Positions 9,694 through 20,100 of a stretch of DNA of 64,000 nucleotides are shown piece after piece (the stretch's first letter is position 1; every line of letters begins with the position of its first letter). The stretch lies in IMG/VR virus record IMGVR_UViG_3300045996_001242, positions 13,645 through 77,644 of that record; one strand, given 5' to 3'. The DNA comes from a virus. Made by a program: the position numbers and the translations under genes. A model generated the notes under the pieces. That model was not told the DNA's origin, ran no database searches, and was given only the letters and a program-made list of their open reading frames with translations.

Positions 9694-10893
9694 ATGTTGA
9701 ACTATAACGCTCCGACCCAGTCGGCCGCCGGTACGGCCTCCGACATCGAAGGCTCTGGCTCCAGCCAGATGCAGACCTTCTTCTGGCTGAAGAAGGCCCT
9801 CATCGAGGCCCGCAAAGAGCAGTATTTCATGCCGCTCGCCAATGCGGTCAATATGCCCAAGCACTTCGGCAAGACCATCAAGGTCTACGAGTACGTGCCC
9901 CTGCTCGACGACCGCAACATCAACGACATGGGCCTCGACGCGGCCGGTGCCACGATCGCGGACGGCAACCTCTACGGTTCGTCCAAGGACATCGGCACGA
10001 TCACGTCCAAGCTCCCGACCCTGACCGAGAGCGGCGGCCGTGTGAACCGCGTTGGCTTCACCCGTCTGACCCGTGAAGGCACGATCAGCAAGTTCGGCTT
10101 CTTCACCGAGTTCACCCAGGAGAGCCTGGACTTCGACTCGGACGCCGAGCTGATGGACCACCTGAGCCGCGAGCTCATGAACGGTGCCGTGCAGATCACC
10201 GAGGCTGTCCTCCAGAAGGACCTGCTCTCGAACGCCGGCGTGATCCTGTACGCAGGTGACGCGACGTCGAATGGCACCATCACTGGTGAAGGCGCCACGC
10301 CCTCCGTCGTCAACTACGACGACTTCGTGCGTCTCGACCAGCTGCTCACGGACAACCGTACTCCGAAGCAGACCAAGGTCATCACTGGTTCGCGCCTGGT
10401 CGACACCAAGACGCTGCCGGCGGCCCGCATCATGTTCATCGGTTCGGAGCTCGCTCCGCTGGTGAAGAAGCTGGTCGACTCGTTCAGCAACCCGGCGTTC
10501 ATCCCCGTGCAGCAGTACGGCGATGCCGGCACGATCCTCAACGGCGAGATCGGCACCGTCGATGCGTTCCGCATCATCCAGGTTCCGGAGATGCTGAACT
10601 GGGCTGGTGTTGGTGCCGCGGTTACGGACAACGACGGCTACCGCGAGACGGGCGACAACTACGACGTCTACCCGATGCTCGTGGTCGGCGACGACTCGTT
10701 CTCGACGATCGGCTTCCAGACCGATGGCAAGACGGTGAAGTTCTCGGTCATGACCAAGATGCCGGGCAAGGAAACCGCGGATCGCAACGATCCCTACGGC
10801 GAGACCGGCTTCAGCTCGATCAAGTGGTACTACGGTGTCCTGATCAAGCGGCCCGAGCGTATCGGCCTCATCAAGACCGTCGCCCCGATCTAA
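9694..10893 (+). CDS. Major capsid protein (N4 gp56-like)
   Basis: [41 protein letters not shown]; 399 aa; strongly biased codons. Confidence 0.93.
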   Translation: MLNYNAPTQSAAGTASDIEGSGSSQMQTFFWLKKALIEARKEQYFMPLANAVNMPKHFGKTIKVYEYVPLLDDRNINDMGLDAAGATIADGNLYGSSKDIGTITSKLPTLTESGGRVNRVGFTRLTREGTISKFGFFTEFTQESLDFDSDAELMDHLSRELMNGAVQITEAVLQKDLLSNAGVILYAGDATSNGTITGEGATPSVVNYDDFVRLDQLLTDNRTPKQTKVITGSRLVDTKTLPAARIMFIGSELAPLVKKLVDSFSNPAFIPVQQYGDAGTILNGEIGTVDAFRIIQVPEMLNWAGVGAAVTDNDGYRETGDNYDVYPMLVVGDDSFSTIGFQTDGKTVKFSVMTKMPGKETADRNDPYGETGFSSIKWYYGVLIKRPERIGLIKTVAPI

Positions 10894-10924
10894 TCGGCGG
10901 CCCGGCTGAGTAGCGCAAGTATCT

Positions 10925-10957
10925 GGGAGGAGGAGCTTCACTCCTCCTCCCTTTTTC
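10925..10957 (+). terminator. Rho-independent terminator after MCP
   Basis: GGGAGGAGGAG-cttca-CTCCTCCTCCC followed by TTTTT. Confidence 0.8.
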
Positions 10958-10988
10958 CATCCAAACCCAGAGATCCAAGGAAATTCAA

Positions 10989-11783
10989 GTGACCGACACG
11001 ACCATTCCCAACGTCTTCGCCAACCTGCCGCTCAAGGGTGAGACTGCAGCCGAGACCCCGGCTCCGACCGTCAACGAGCCCGAGGCCGATGAAGACGACG
11101 AGACCGAGACTGCCGCCCCCAAGGGCGACGAGCTCTCCCTGCTCAAGCAGCGCGCCACGCTAATGGGCATCAAGTTCTCGAACAACATCGGCGTTGATTC
11201 GCTGCGCGCGAAGATCAAGGCCAAGCTTGAAGCAGAAGATCCGGCCGAGCAAGAAGATGACGGTGACGATGGGGTCGAGGTTGTTCTTACCGAAGATCCG
11301 GCAGCGGCCAAGATCCGTGCGCTCGAGGCGCAGATCGCCTCTCTCCAGGCTGGCACGGCTTCGGCTCCGGTCTCTGCCGAAGTGAAGCCGGTCTCCAAGC
11401 TGGCCGCGAAGAAGAACAAGCGTGCGGCAATGCGCAAGGAGCAGATGCGCCTGGTTCGCCTTCGCATCACCAACCTCAACCCGGCCAAGAAGGATCTCCC
11501 TGGCGAGATCTTCACCTTCGCCAACAGCGTGCTCGGCGCCGTCCGCAAGTTCGTCCCCTACGGCGAGGCGACCGACAACGGCTACCACGTTCCCTACTGC
11601 ATCTATCAGCAGCTCAAGGAGCGTGAGTTCCTGCAGATCAAGACCAGCAAGGACAGCCGCGGTCGCGAGAAGATCGACACCAAGTGGGTCCGTGAGTTCG
11701 CTCTCGAGGAGCTCCCGCAGCTCACCGAAGTCGAGCTCGCCCGCCTCGCTGCCCAGCAGGCAGCCGCCAAGGGCATGGACTAA
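10989..11783 (+). CDS. N4 gp55-like protein
   Basis: LKQRATLMGIKFSNNIG, LVRLRITNLNPAKKDLPGEIFT; synteny. Confidence 0.75.
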   Translation: MTDTTIPNVFANLPLKGETAAETPAPTVNEPEADEDDETETAAPKGDELSLLKQRATLMGIKFSNNIGVDSLRAKIKAKLEAEDPAEQEDDGDDGVEVVLTEDPAAAKIRALEAQIASLQAGTASAPVSAEVKPVSKLAAKKNKRAAMRKEQMRLVRLRITNLNPAKKDLPGEIFTFANSVLGAVRKFVPYGEATDNGYHVPYCIYQQLKEREFLQIKTSKDSRGREKIDTKWVREFALEELPQLTEVELARLAAQQAAAKGMD

Positions 11784-11807
11784 GACTACGACTAGGGAGT
11801 AGCTGCC

Positions 11808-12413
11808 ATGGCCGTCGTGAAGATCGCATTCACGGACCTGACCACCGGTGTCCCCGTATCGGGCACCGGCGTCTTCGACAAGCTGATGGTGAGCCTCACG
11901 GCTCACCTCAAGGTCGAGTATGAAGCCAACCGGATCTCCGGTGCCGAATACACCAAGGCGTATATCGGGATCGTCAGTGCCGCTCTTCAGACGGCCAGCA
12001 GCTTCCTCGTCGCTGCCGAGCAGACCTATTGGCAGGCTCAGGTGCAGGAAGCGCAGATGAACAACCTCATCGCGCAGGGCGAGGGCATCGACTACACCAA
12101 CACTAATATCCTGCCGCAGCAGCTGGCGCTCCTCGAGGAGCAGACCGAGGTGCAGCGGGCCCAGACGCTGAACACCCGCACGGATGGTGTGACCACCGTC
12201 GTCGGTGTGCTGGGCAAGCAGAAGGATCTCTACAGCCAGCAGATCACCTCCTATCAGCGGGACGCCGAGACCAAGGCGGTGAAGATCTTTTCCGACGCCT
12301 GGATCACCCAGAAGACGATCGACGAAGGTCTTGTGGCGCCGACCCACTTCACGAACACCGAGATCAACGAGGTGCTCGGGGTTCTCCGGACGAACCTCAA
12401 CCTGGGCAGCTAA
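11808..12413 (+). CDS. N4 gp54-like structural protein
   Basis: GTGVFDKLMVSL...HLKVEYEANRISGAEY, DAWITQKTIDEG. Confidence 0.75.
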   Translation: MAVVKIAFTDLTTGVPVSGTGVFDKLMVSLTAHLKVEYEANRISGAEYTKAYIGIVSAALQTASSFLVAAEQTYWQAQVQEAQMNNLIAQGEGIDYTNTNILPQQLALLEEQTEVQRAQTLNTRTDGVTTVVGVLGKQKDLYSQQITSYQRDAETKAVKIFSDAWITQKTIDEGLVAPTHFTNTEINEVLGVLRTNLNLGS

Positions 12414-12416
12414 ACC

Positions 12417-14480
12417 ATGGCCGAGGAAGTCGCCGTCGCTTCCGTCGTCTACAACATGGCCGGCGACGAAGCCGATCGACCAAGCTACCTCAAGAGCCTG
12501 GTCATCCAGCAGCAGTTCGGCCGCTACAAGAGCTCGATCAGCGAGGCAATCACGAGTGGCCTCCTCAATGGGCCGGCGATGCGCTTGCGCTCCTTCTTTC
12601 GTTGGGCTCGAGACAACGGCGACTTCGACCTGATCGGGCTCCCATCAGGGGAGCTCGAACGATCGACGGAAGCCGACGAACCTCTGCTCATCGCGGCAAT
12701 CGAGGAGGACAACCCGACCATTGTTGTCGACGACATCACAGAATCCGCAACTGGCGCTCCGTCTCCGCTCTGGTGGGCCGCGCGATGGATCCTGGAAGAA
12801 CTGGGGGAAGCCTGGCTCTCAAGTGAGTGGAGCGCCTCGATCGACTCCGCCGGCGAATTCATCACGATCATCGTCGAAGGAGAGGTGGCCGATGTCATTG
12901 CGGCCGTCGATCCAGTCTATGACTCGACGGCGTGGTATGCCTACGCCATGTACGAGATCAACCCGAGCGGGGTTGGGGTCTGGATCTACAAGGAGGGTGG
13001 GGGTCACCCCGAGATCGATGCCCTCGTCGGAGCTGGCCTCGACATGGGCAGCTTCTTCCCACACATACCGGTCCGGCTGAACAACAACTTCCTGTCACCA
13101 AGCTTCGGCCCGCTCACGTATGCGGCGGCCTCCGCGGCCTATAAGAAGGCGACGGGTGGCGCCAAGTTCGACGAGCTCGTCGACATCATCGCCGACAACG
13201 AGGATATCGGTGACATCGACCACGCCTATATCGTCTTCGGCGTCTCGCTCAACGTCCTCGAGAACCAGTGTCGGAAGTACCTCTACCAGTTCTTCGAAAC
13301 CCTGCGCGGCTCGCAGTCCGGTGGGGCCAGTGCCTATGACGACTGGGTTGCCCGGGGAAAGACGGACACGCCGCTGAACAGCCTCAAGGTGAGGACCTCT
13401 ATCACTGGCACGGCGCCCTTCGATTTCCGGATCAGGTGGCGGTTCATCACCGAGATCACCGGCAGCGGGCTCGGCAAGGTCGACGCTGAAGTTGGTGACT
13501 ACTGGGTCCAAAAAGCCGGCACCGTCGACGGCTACCTGAATGCCCGCATTTACTGGCAAGAGACCGCGAGCTCATATCGCTATCTCTCGCTGCTGGGCAT
13601 GGAGCACCGCAACTACGTCTACGGCTCCTCGGCTGTGGTCATCACCACTCACCAGGCGATCGACGACCTGGAGGACTCGGGCTTCATCGTCCCCCTCAAC
13701 TACGAGCTCTGGCGGGAGATGAGCCTGGTGTCGACGTCGCAGATGGCGACGGCGTGCATGTTCATCGTCTTCAACTGCTTCGAGGTCCACGTCCAGCAGT
13801 GGTACGAGACGTTCCTCTTCAAGATCCTGCTGGTCGTCGTCATCGCCGTTGTCAGCGTGGTGCTCACCGGTGGCGTCGGCACAGTCGGCCTCCTGGGCAG
13901 TGCTCTCTCGCTTGGTTCCGCCCTGGGCTTCACCGGCATCACCGCGGCGATCGTCGGCTCGGTCGTCAATGCCCTGGCGGCAATGCTCCTGGTCTCGCTG
14001 CTGCAGCCGTTCCTCGAGCAGGTTGCAGGTCCCCTGGCTCCCGTCGTCATGGCGGTCCTGATGTTCGCCATCGGCCAGGCGGCCGGATCCCTGACGCAGA
14101 CCGGCGTCCTCTCCATCAACTGGGCGGATCTGCTTAGGGTCGACAACCTCCTGGCAATGACCAGCGCCGTGGGCCAGGGCGTCACCAATGCCATCAACGC
14201 CGACACCCTGGCGCTCCAGCAGCAGGCCCTCGATATTATGCAAAATGCCGAGGCTGAAGCGCTGAAAATACAGCAAGCATTTTTCGATAAATTCGGCTAT
14301 GGTGCTGCGGCTATAGATCCTCTCCTCTTCGTCGACGCCCTCAAGGCGCCCGTCGCAGAGAGCTCCGACACCTTCCTCCACCGGACCCTGATGACCGGAA
14401 GCGAGATTGCGGAGATGTCACGAGAGCTCCTCTATGACTTCCCGACGTACAGCCTGAAGCTGCCCGACGCATTTACCTGA
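12417..14480 (+). CDS. N4 gp53-like structural protein with hydrophobic C-terminal region
   Basis: VASVVYNMAGDE start, multi-TM C-terminal third, synteny. Confidence 0.7.
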   Translation: MAEEVAVASVVYNMAGDEADRPSYLKSLVIQQQFGRYKSSISEAITSGLLNGPAMRLRSFFRWARDNGDFDLIGLPSGELERSTEADEPLLIAAIEEDNPTIVVDDITESATGAPSPLWWAARWILEELGEAWLSSEWSASIDSAGEFITIIVEGEVADVIAAVDPVYDSTAWYAYAMYEINPSGVGVWIYKEGGGHPEIDALVGAGLDMGSFFPHIPVRLNNNFLSPSFGPLTYAAASAAYKKATGGAKFDELVDIIADNEDIGDIDHAYIVFGVSLNVLENQCRKYLYQFFETLRGSQSGGASAYDDWVARGKTDTPLNSLKVRTSITGTAPFDFRIRWRFITEITGSGLGKVDAEVGDYWVQKAGTVDGYLNARIYWQETASSYRYLSLLGMEHRNYVYGSSAVVITTHQAIDDLEDSGFIVPLNYELWREMSLVSTSQMATACMFIVFNCFEVHVQQWYETFLFKILLVVVIAVVSVVLTGGVGTVGLLGSALSLGSALGFTGITAAIVGSVVNALAAMLLVSLLQPFLEQVAGPLAPVVMAVLMFAIGQAAGSLTQTGVLSINWADLLRVDNLLAMTSAVGQGVTNAINADTLALQQQALDIMQNAEAEALKIQQAFFDKFGYGAAAIDPLLFVDALKAPVAESSDTFLHRTLMTGSEIAEMSRELLYDFPTYSLKLPDAFT

Positions 14481-14490
14481 TGGTGTGACC

Positions 14491-14922
14491 ATGACCCCCA
14501 ACGACCTGAACTTCGGACTTCCTGCCTGGGGCGCTGGCGCTTCCAACCCGGTGGCTGCCTGGATGCAGGCTTCCGCGAGCCCGAGCGCAGCTCCTGCGGC
14601 TTCGACCCCCAACTGGCTCACGGGCTCCAGCCCGGGCGGCATGGGCGGTCTCGGCTTCAACCTCGACACCGGCAAGCTGGTCCTTGGTGGGCTTCAGACC
14701 ATTGGCTCCCTCTGGCAGGCTTTCGAGGCCAACAAGCTGGCCAAGGAGCAGTTCAAGTTCGGCAAGGACTTCGCTAACGTGAACCTCGCGAATTCCATCC
14801 AGTCTTACAACACCCAGGTCGACAACATCGGCCGCTCCCGCGCCGTGACCGAAGGTCAGTCGCCCGAGCAGGCCGCAGCCTGGCTCGCCACCAACAAGCT
14901 TCCCGATCGCAAGATCGGCTAA
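14491..14922 (+). CDS. N4 gp52-like small ejection/structural protein
   Basis: Gly-rich, NLANSIQSYNT; precedes gp51-like gene. Confidence 0.7.
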   Translation: MTPNDLNFGLPAWGAGASNPVAAWMQASASPSAAPAASTPNWLTGSSPGGMGGLGFNLDTGKLVLGGLQTIGSLWQAFEANKLAKEQFKFGKDFANVNLANSIQSYNTQVDNIGRSRAVTEGQSPEQAAAWLATNKLPDRKIG

Positions 14923-14936
14923 TCCAGGACACGAGA

Positions 14937-17057
14937 ATGGCCCCGCTCACCTGGCGCGAAGTCGCCGCCCCCAACTTCGCCGGCGTCTCCGAGTCGCAGC
15001 GCCTTGCCGGCACGCTCCTGAACACGGGCTTCGACAGCGCCATCAAGGCGCTCGAGGGCTTTGGCACCGCCCAAGGCAAGGCAGTGGACAGCGAGTTCAT
15101 GTCGCGCATTGCCAGCTACGGCAACGACACCAAGAGCCTGTTCCGCGACCTCAATAACGGCACGATCTACGACGGCCTGACTCGGGGCGGCATCTCGGCG
15201 GATGCCTATAAGTTCGGCCTGGGTCGGGAAGCCGACGTCCTTGCCAACACCCAGACGGGTGTCCAGACCGAGGGCATGCGGCTCAACAACCAGAACCAGG
15301 GCCTGGTCAACGACCAGCTCGCCTTCAACAACCAGACGCTCCGCGGCTATGAAGCGGCCCGGCCGGCGGCTGTGGACCTGGTCAACCAGATCCGCACGTT
15401 CTCCGCTGACGGCACCCCCGAAGGCCGAGCCAAGGCCCGGGAGCTCACTCTCGCTGGATCCAAAGTGCTGGCCGACGCCGGCTATACGACTGACGACATT
15501 GCCGGCCTCATCAACGGCAACCTCTCGACGACCGAGGCGGGCGTTGGGACCAATACGACCCTGCGCAACCAGGGTGATGCGGTCCGCCTGCATGGCGAGG
15601 AGGCCGAGGCCCGGAACCTCTATGAGCAGGTGATCCAGGCCGCCGGCGGCGACGTCGGTGCAGCCGAGCGCCTCATCCGGGAGAACCTGGGGAGCATCAA
15701 CCCGCAGGTGGCGACGCTTACCCTCTCCATGCTTGGCTCCGATGGCGCCAAGCTCCTCCAGAGCCCCGACACCAATGCGGCGTCCTACCTGCTGCAGGCG
15801 ACGGTCGATGCCCAGCAGAGCGGTAACTCCGCCGCCCCGCTTCAGGGCCTTATCGTCGGCACCGAAAGCGGCCGCGGTGGCTACTCGGCCCTCTATGGCC
15901 AGGCGCAGGAACCCGGCGGCGCTTTTGCGGGCGCCGACGTCACCAAGATGACGCTGGACCAGATGGACCAGTTCGAGCAGAGCGGCTACGGCGACTGGGT
16001 CAAAGACCAGGTCGGCCGTACGGCTACGCCGGCGGGGATGTACCAGATCGTGGGCGACACCCGCCGCCAGGTTGCCAAGGAAATGGGCCTGTCGGGCGAC
16101 ACCCTGTTCAACCAGGCGACCCAGGATGCGATGTTCCAGCACCTGGTCAATAAGCGCCTCTCTAGCGCCGACAGCATGGCAGGCAAGATGGCCGGCCTTC
16201 GCCAGGAATGGGAGGGTTTCAAGCAGGTTCCCGATCGTGAGCTCCGTGCGGCCATTGAGGCCTACGAGAGTGGCGATCGCAATGCCCTGACCGGCGCCTC
16301 GCCACTCGGGCCTGATCCACGTGAAACCGTCGCGGCTTTCGACGCAGCGTTGAACAAACGCGGCGCATTGTCCACGAATGAGAACGAGGCCCTTTTCACG
16401 GGCGCCCAGGAGCTCGCCAATCAGGCCGCTTCGGTCATGGACGCGATGACGGTCGACGGGCTGTTCGGGACCAGTGCCCTGGCCTCGAACCTGCTCGACC
16501 CCTCCCTGGCTCGCGAGAGCCAGTCCTCCAGCGTTGCCCGCGTCCGGGCCGCCCTGGGCGAGGGGATCGACATCGCCGATCCGGAGCTCACGGACAACAT
16601 CAACCAGATCAAGGACCGGTATGGCCTTTCCTTCGGCCAGGCCGCGGTCATCCTCGAGAACTCCGTCCATCAGGAGCCGTGGGTCCTCAAGTGGATCCAG
16701 GGCAATGCCAACGTCGACTTCGGCAAGGAGATGGATGCTCTCGTCAACCAGGTCTACAATAAGGACGGCAAGACCAAGGGCCAGAAGTTTGCCCCGGCCA
16801 TGGATCTTCTCGAGACCGCCCGGGCCAAGGAGAATGCTGCCTCCACCCTCGAGCAGACCCAGGGGCTCGTGCAGGCGGCGCAGCAGCGCTACGTCAACCT
16901 TCTCAATTCCGTGCGAACCCGCCGGAACCCGACGCCGCTCCTGCAGCAGGAGCTTGAGCGGGCGCAGCTCGAATACCAGGCGCTGCTTGGCCAGCTCGAG
17001 CAGACGATCAGCCGGATCGACAGCGATCCCACGGTCGGTTTCAACATCCAGGAATAA
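14937..17057 (+). CDS. N4 gp51-like ejection protein with internal muramidase domain
   Basis: MAPLTWREVAAPNF start; internal GTESG..Y, TPAGMYQIVGDT, FNQATQD, LRQEWEGF. Confidence 0.75.
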   Translation: MAPLTWREVAAPNFAGVSESQRLAGTLLNTGFDSAIKALEGFGTAQGKAVDSEFMSRIASYGNDTKSLFRDLNNGTIYDGLTRGGISADAYKFGLGREADVLANTQTGVQTEGMRLNNQNQGLVNDQLAFNNQTLRGYEAARPAAVDLVNQIRTFSADGTPEGRAKARELTLAGSKVLADAGYTTDDIAGLINGNLSTTEAGVGTNTTLRNQGDAVRLHGEEAEARNLYEQVIQAAGGDVGAAERLIRENLGSINPQVATLTLSMLGSDGAKLLQSPDTNAASYLLQATVDAQQSGNSAAPLQGLIVGTESGRGGYSALYGQAQEPGGAFAGADVTKMTLDQMDQFEQSGYGDWVKDQVGRTATPAGMYQIVGDTRRQVAKEMGLSGDTLFNQATQDAMFQHLVNKRLSSADSMAGKMAGLRQEWEGFKQVPDRELRAAIEAYESGDRNALTGASPLGPDPRETVAAFDAALNKRGALSTNENEALFTGAQELANQAASVMDAMTVDGLFGTSALASNLLDPSLARESQSSSVARVRAALGEGIDIADPELTDNINQIKDRYGLSFGQAAVILENSVHQEPWVLKWIQGNANVDFGKEMDALVNQVYNKDGKTKGQKFAPAMDLLETARAKENAASTLEQTQGLVQAAQQRYVNLLNSVRTRRNPTPLLQQELERAQLEYQALLGQLEQTISRIDSDPTVGFNIQE

Positions 17058-17160
17058 TCAGATAATCGCCAGACGATTTTCTTCTGGCGTAAATCACGGA
17101 TTTAGGTAAAAGTGGGGGCTCAAAAGGTCCCCACATTTTCCTTATAATCCAGAGCGGGTA

Positions 17161-20100
17161 ATGGCCGACTTCAACATCCTCGATCCGTCGACGTGGCTCC
17201 CTTCGCAGGCCCCGGCGGCGCCAACGCCTGCCAATGCAGTGATCAACGGCGTCGAGGACCCCGGTCTTCCCCTTCCTGGTTCCGTCGCAGCGCCCGCGCC
17301 GGCTCCCGCCGCCCCAGTCCAGCCGCAGATGTCCGAAGCCGATAAGCTCCGGGCCGACATGCTGCAGATCAACGCGGCGCTCGGGGATCCGGACGCCATG
17401 GCGGCGCTCGCCCTGTCCGAGCAGCGGGGCAACGGCCTCACTGCCAACAACCAGCTGCTCAACGACTTCGAAGGACTGACCCCGGTCCAGTTCCAGCAGA
17501 AGTACGGCGTCGGCACCTATCGGCGCCTGGTGACGTCCCGCATGCGTTCCCGCGAGGTTGTGGCCGATGCCAATCCCGATAGGGATCTCACCACGACGCT
17601 GTCCGACATCGGGATCGATGCCCTCGAGGGCGTGAACCAGACGGCCTATGGGGTCGCCGCAGCCGCCGTGCAGGCAGGTCTCGGACCTGGTCGTCCCAAG
17701 GACTGGCTACTCGAGCAGATCTCCGGGCTCTCCGCGGACCAGACGGCCCGTACCCGCCGGCTCGAAAGCGAGGAGCTCGCCGAGCACCGCCGTTATGACT
17801 CGATCCGTACGGCGCTCGATGATCTCGATGCCAAGGTGGCCAGCGGAGCCGACCACGCCGACGACAGCAACTTCATCGACAATCTAGCCAGCTACGGCCG
17901 AGACTACCTCCGGGGCGCCGTCGATGCCGGCGGTCGCCTCATCGAAGATCCGACCATGGCTGGAGCCCTGGCGGCTGAGGGCGTTGGTTCCCTCGCCGTG
18001 GGCGGGCCGCTCGCCAAGACCCTTTCGACGACTGCCCGGGCTGCAGGCCTCGCCGGCCGCGGCGCCGCCGAGCTGAGTGAAGAGGCGCTCACCAGGGCCA
18101 TGTTCCCGGGTGGCATTGCCGCCATGGAAGCAGGCGGTGCTGCGATGCAGGCCGAGCAGGAAGTGCTCGCCATGACCGAGGGCCAGCTCCTCGAGAGCCC
18201 CAACTATCGCGAGCTCCTCCAGAACGGGTACACTCCCGAGGAAGCCCGGGCCCGGCTTGCGACGATCGCTGGCTCCATTGCTTCGGTGCCGGCGGCGCTC
18301 ACCGGCGCCCTGACCGGTAAGCTCGTCGAGGGGATCGAACTTCGTCCTTTGCGTGCCGCTGGCCCGGCCGGCCTTGCCGTCAATGCCGGCAAGGAGACCG
18401 TCGAGGAAAGCATCCAGTCGACTGTCGGCCAGCTGGCCAGCAACACCGGTGTGGCGCTCTCCGGCGCCGACCCCGACAAAGATCTCGGCGAAGGACTGGG
18501 CCGGGCCACCGTCGAGGGTGCAGTTGCCGGTGCCGGCACGACGCTCCTGACGCAGGGACCTGGCGTTGCTCTTTCGACAGCAGCCAAGTCGATCGGCGCC
18601 ACCATCACGTTCCCGGCCAAGGTCATCCGCGGCCTTGGCGAACGCAATCTCGCCGAGCGGGCTGCTGCGTCGCCGGTCTCCGCAGAGAGCATGGCTCCTG
18701 CCGTGCAGACGGCTGCCGAGCAGGCGCCGGCTGTGGCCGAGACGCTGCGCACCGTGGCCACTGAGCAGGGAGCCAGTGGAGCGGAAGTCGATAGCTACAT
18801 CGAGAGCGTCCAGCAGGCTTCGCAGATCCAGCAGGCCGATGCTGCAATGATGCCGGCCATTCTCAAGGCCAAGCTCAAGGAAGCCCGTGATGTGCTGGGC
18901 AGGCTGCCCAACCGCTTCGAGGCGCTCCATGTCGCGGCGGTCCTCGCCGGCGACAAGTCGGCCGACCAGGACGATCGTACCGCAGCGGCGACCTTCATCC
19001 TCAAGAACATCGAGGCGAACCGGAAGCTCTTTGGCGAGCTCCCCACCTTCCTCGAGAACATCCCGTCCGATCGCCCGGAGTTCAAAGCCTTCAGCGATTA
19101 CGCGGCGACGCTCGTCGCAATCGACCAGGAACCCGCTGTCCGCGATGCGGTGAAGTGGGCCCAGGAGGAGATGCAGCAGGCCGACCGGGATCTCTCCGCG
19201 GTCGATCTCAAGACGCCCGAAGGCCAGACCATCGTCGCCCAGGCTGTGCAGATGGCAGCGGTTGCACCGCAAGCGGTGAGCCCCAACGTCGCCGACCAGA
19301 TCCTGCATCAGGCCGAGAAGGGCACGGCAACCCTCACCCCCGAGCAGCGCCGCATTCTTGCCGGTGCCTCGGCGATGAAGAAGGCCTCCGCTACCGCAGC
19401 CCAGGAGCTCGATGAAGATCCGGTCCAGCTGGTGGGCCGCCAGATCGAAACCGAGGGCGGAACTAAAGCCCATCAGATGGCCCTAGTTCAGCACGTCGCT
19501 GGCATCAATGAGGCTGTCGAGGCCGGCGACACGAAGACGGCGCAGGCTCGCATCAACTCGCTGGGCATGTTTGCGCGCTCGATGCGCAACAAGGTTCAGG
19601 CGTTCAACACCGCGATCCAGAACGGCGATCGCAAGCGTGTGCCGTATCAGTCACTGGGTCGGGACGGCTGGCTGCCGAAGGACGAGTATTTCAGCGTCTT
19701 CTTCAACCCTGGCTCCGAGGCCTCCGAGCGCCTGGCTCGCCGGGTCCATGCCGAGGCGGCAATGATCGCAACCGTCGCCAACGAGTACGCCCGCCAGTTC
19801 CCCGAGCTGGGGATCCAGGAGGTGGCAATCCCGGCGCTCCGTCCGATGCCGGCCAAGGCCGAGTCGGCGGTTGAGAAAAATGATAAAAGGGGAGGCGCGA
19901 CGTCGGAGGCGGCTGCTCCGTCCCAGGCTACCACGTCCAGGACAGAGGCCGCTCCCAAGCAGTCGGAGCCTCCCCTTCAGCCACCTGCGCCGACCAGGGA
20001 ACCCGAGACGGCCGCTCCGGCTGTGGAGCCAGTCGCCTCAGAGGATTCTACCAATCAGCGTCAGGATGACGAACAGCCGGCCGAACCCCAGGTGGAGGTC

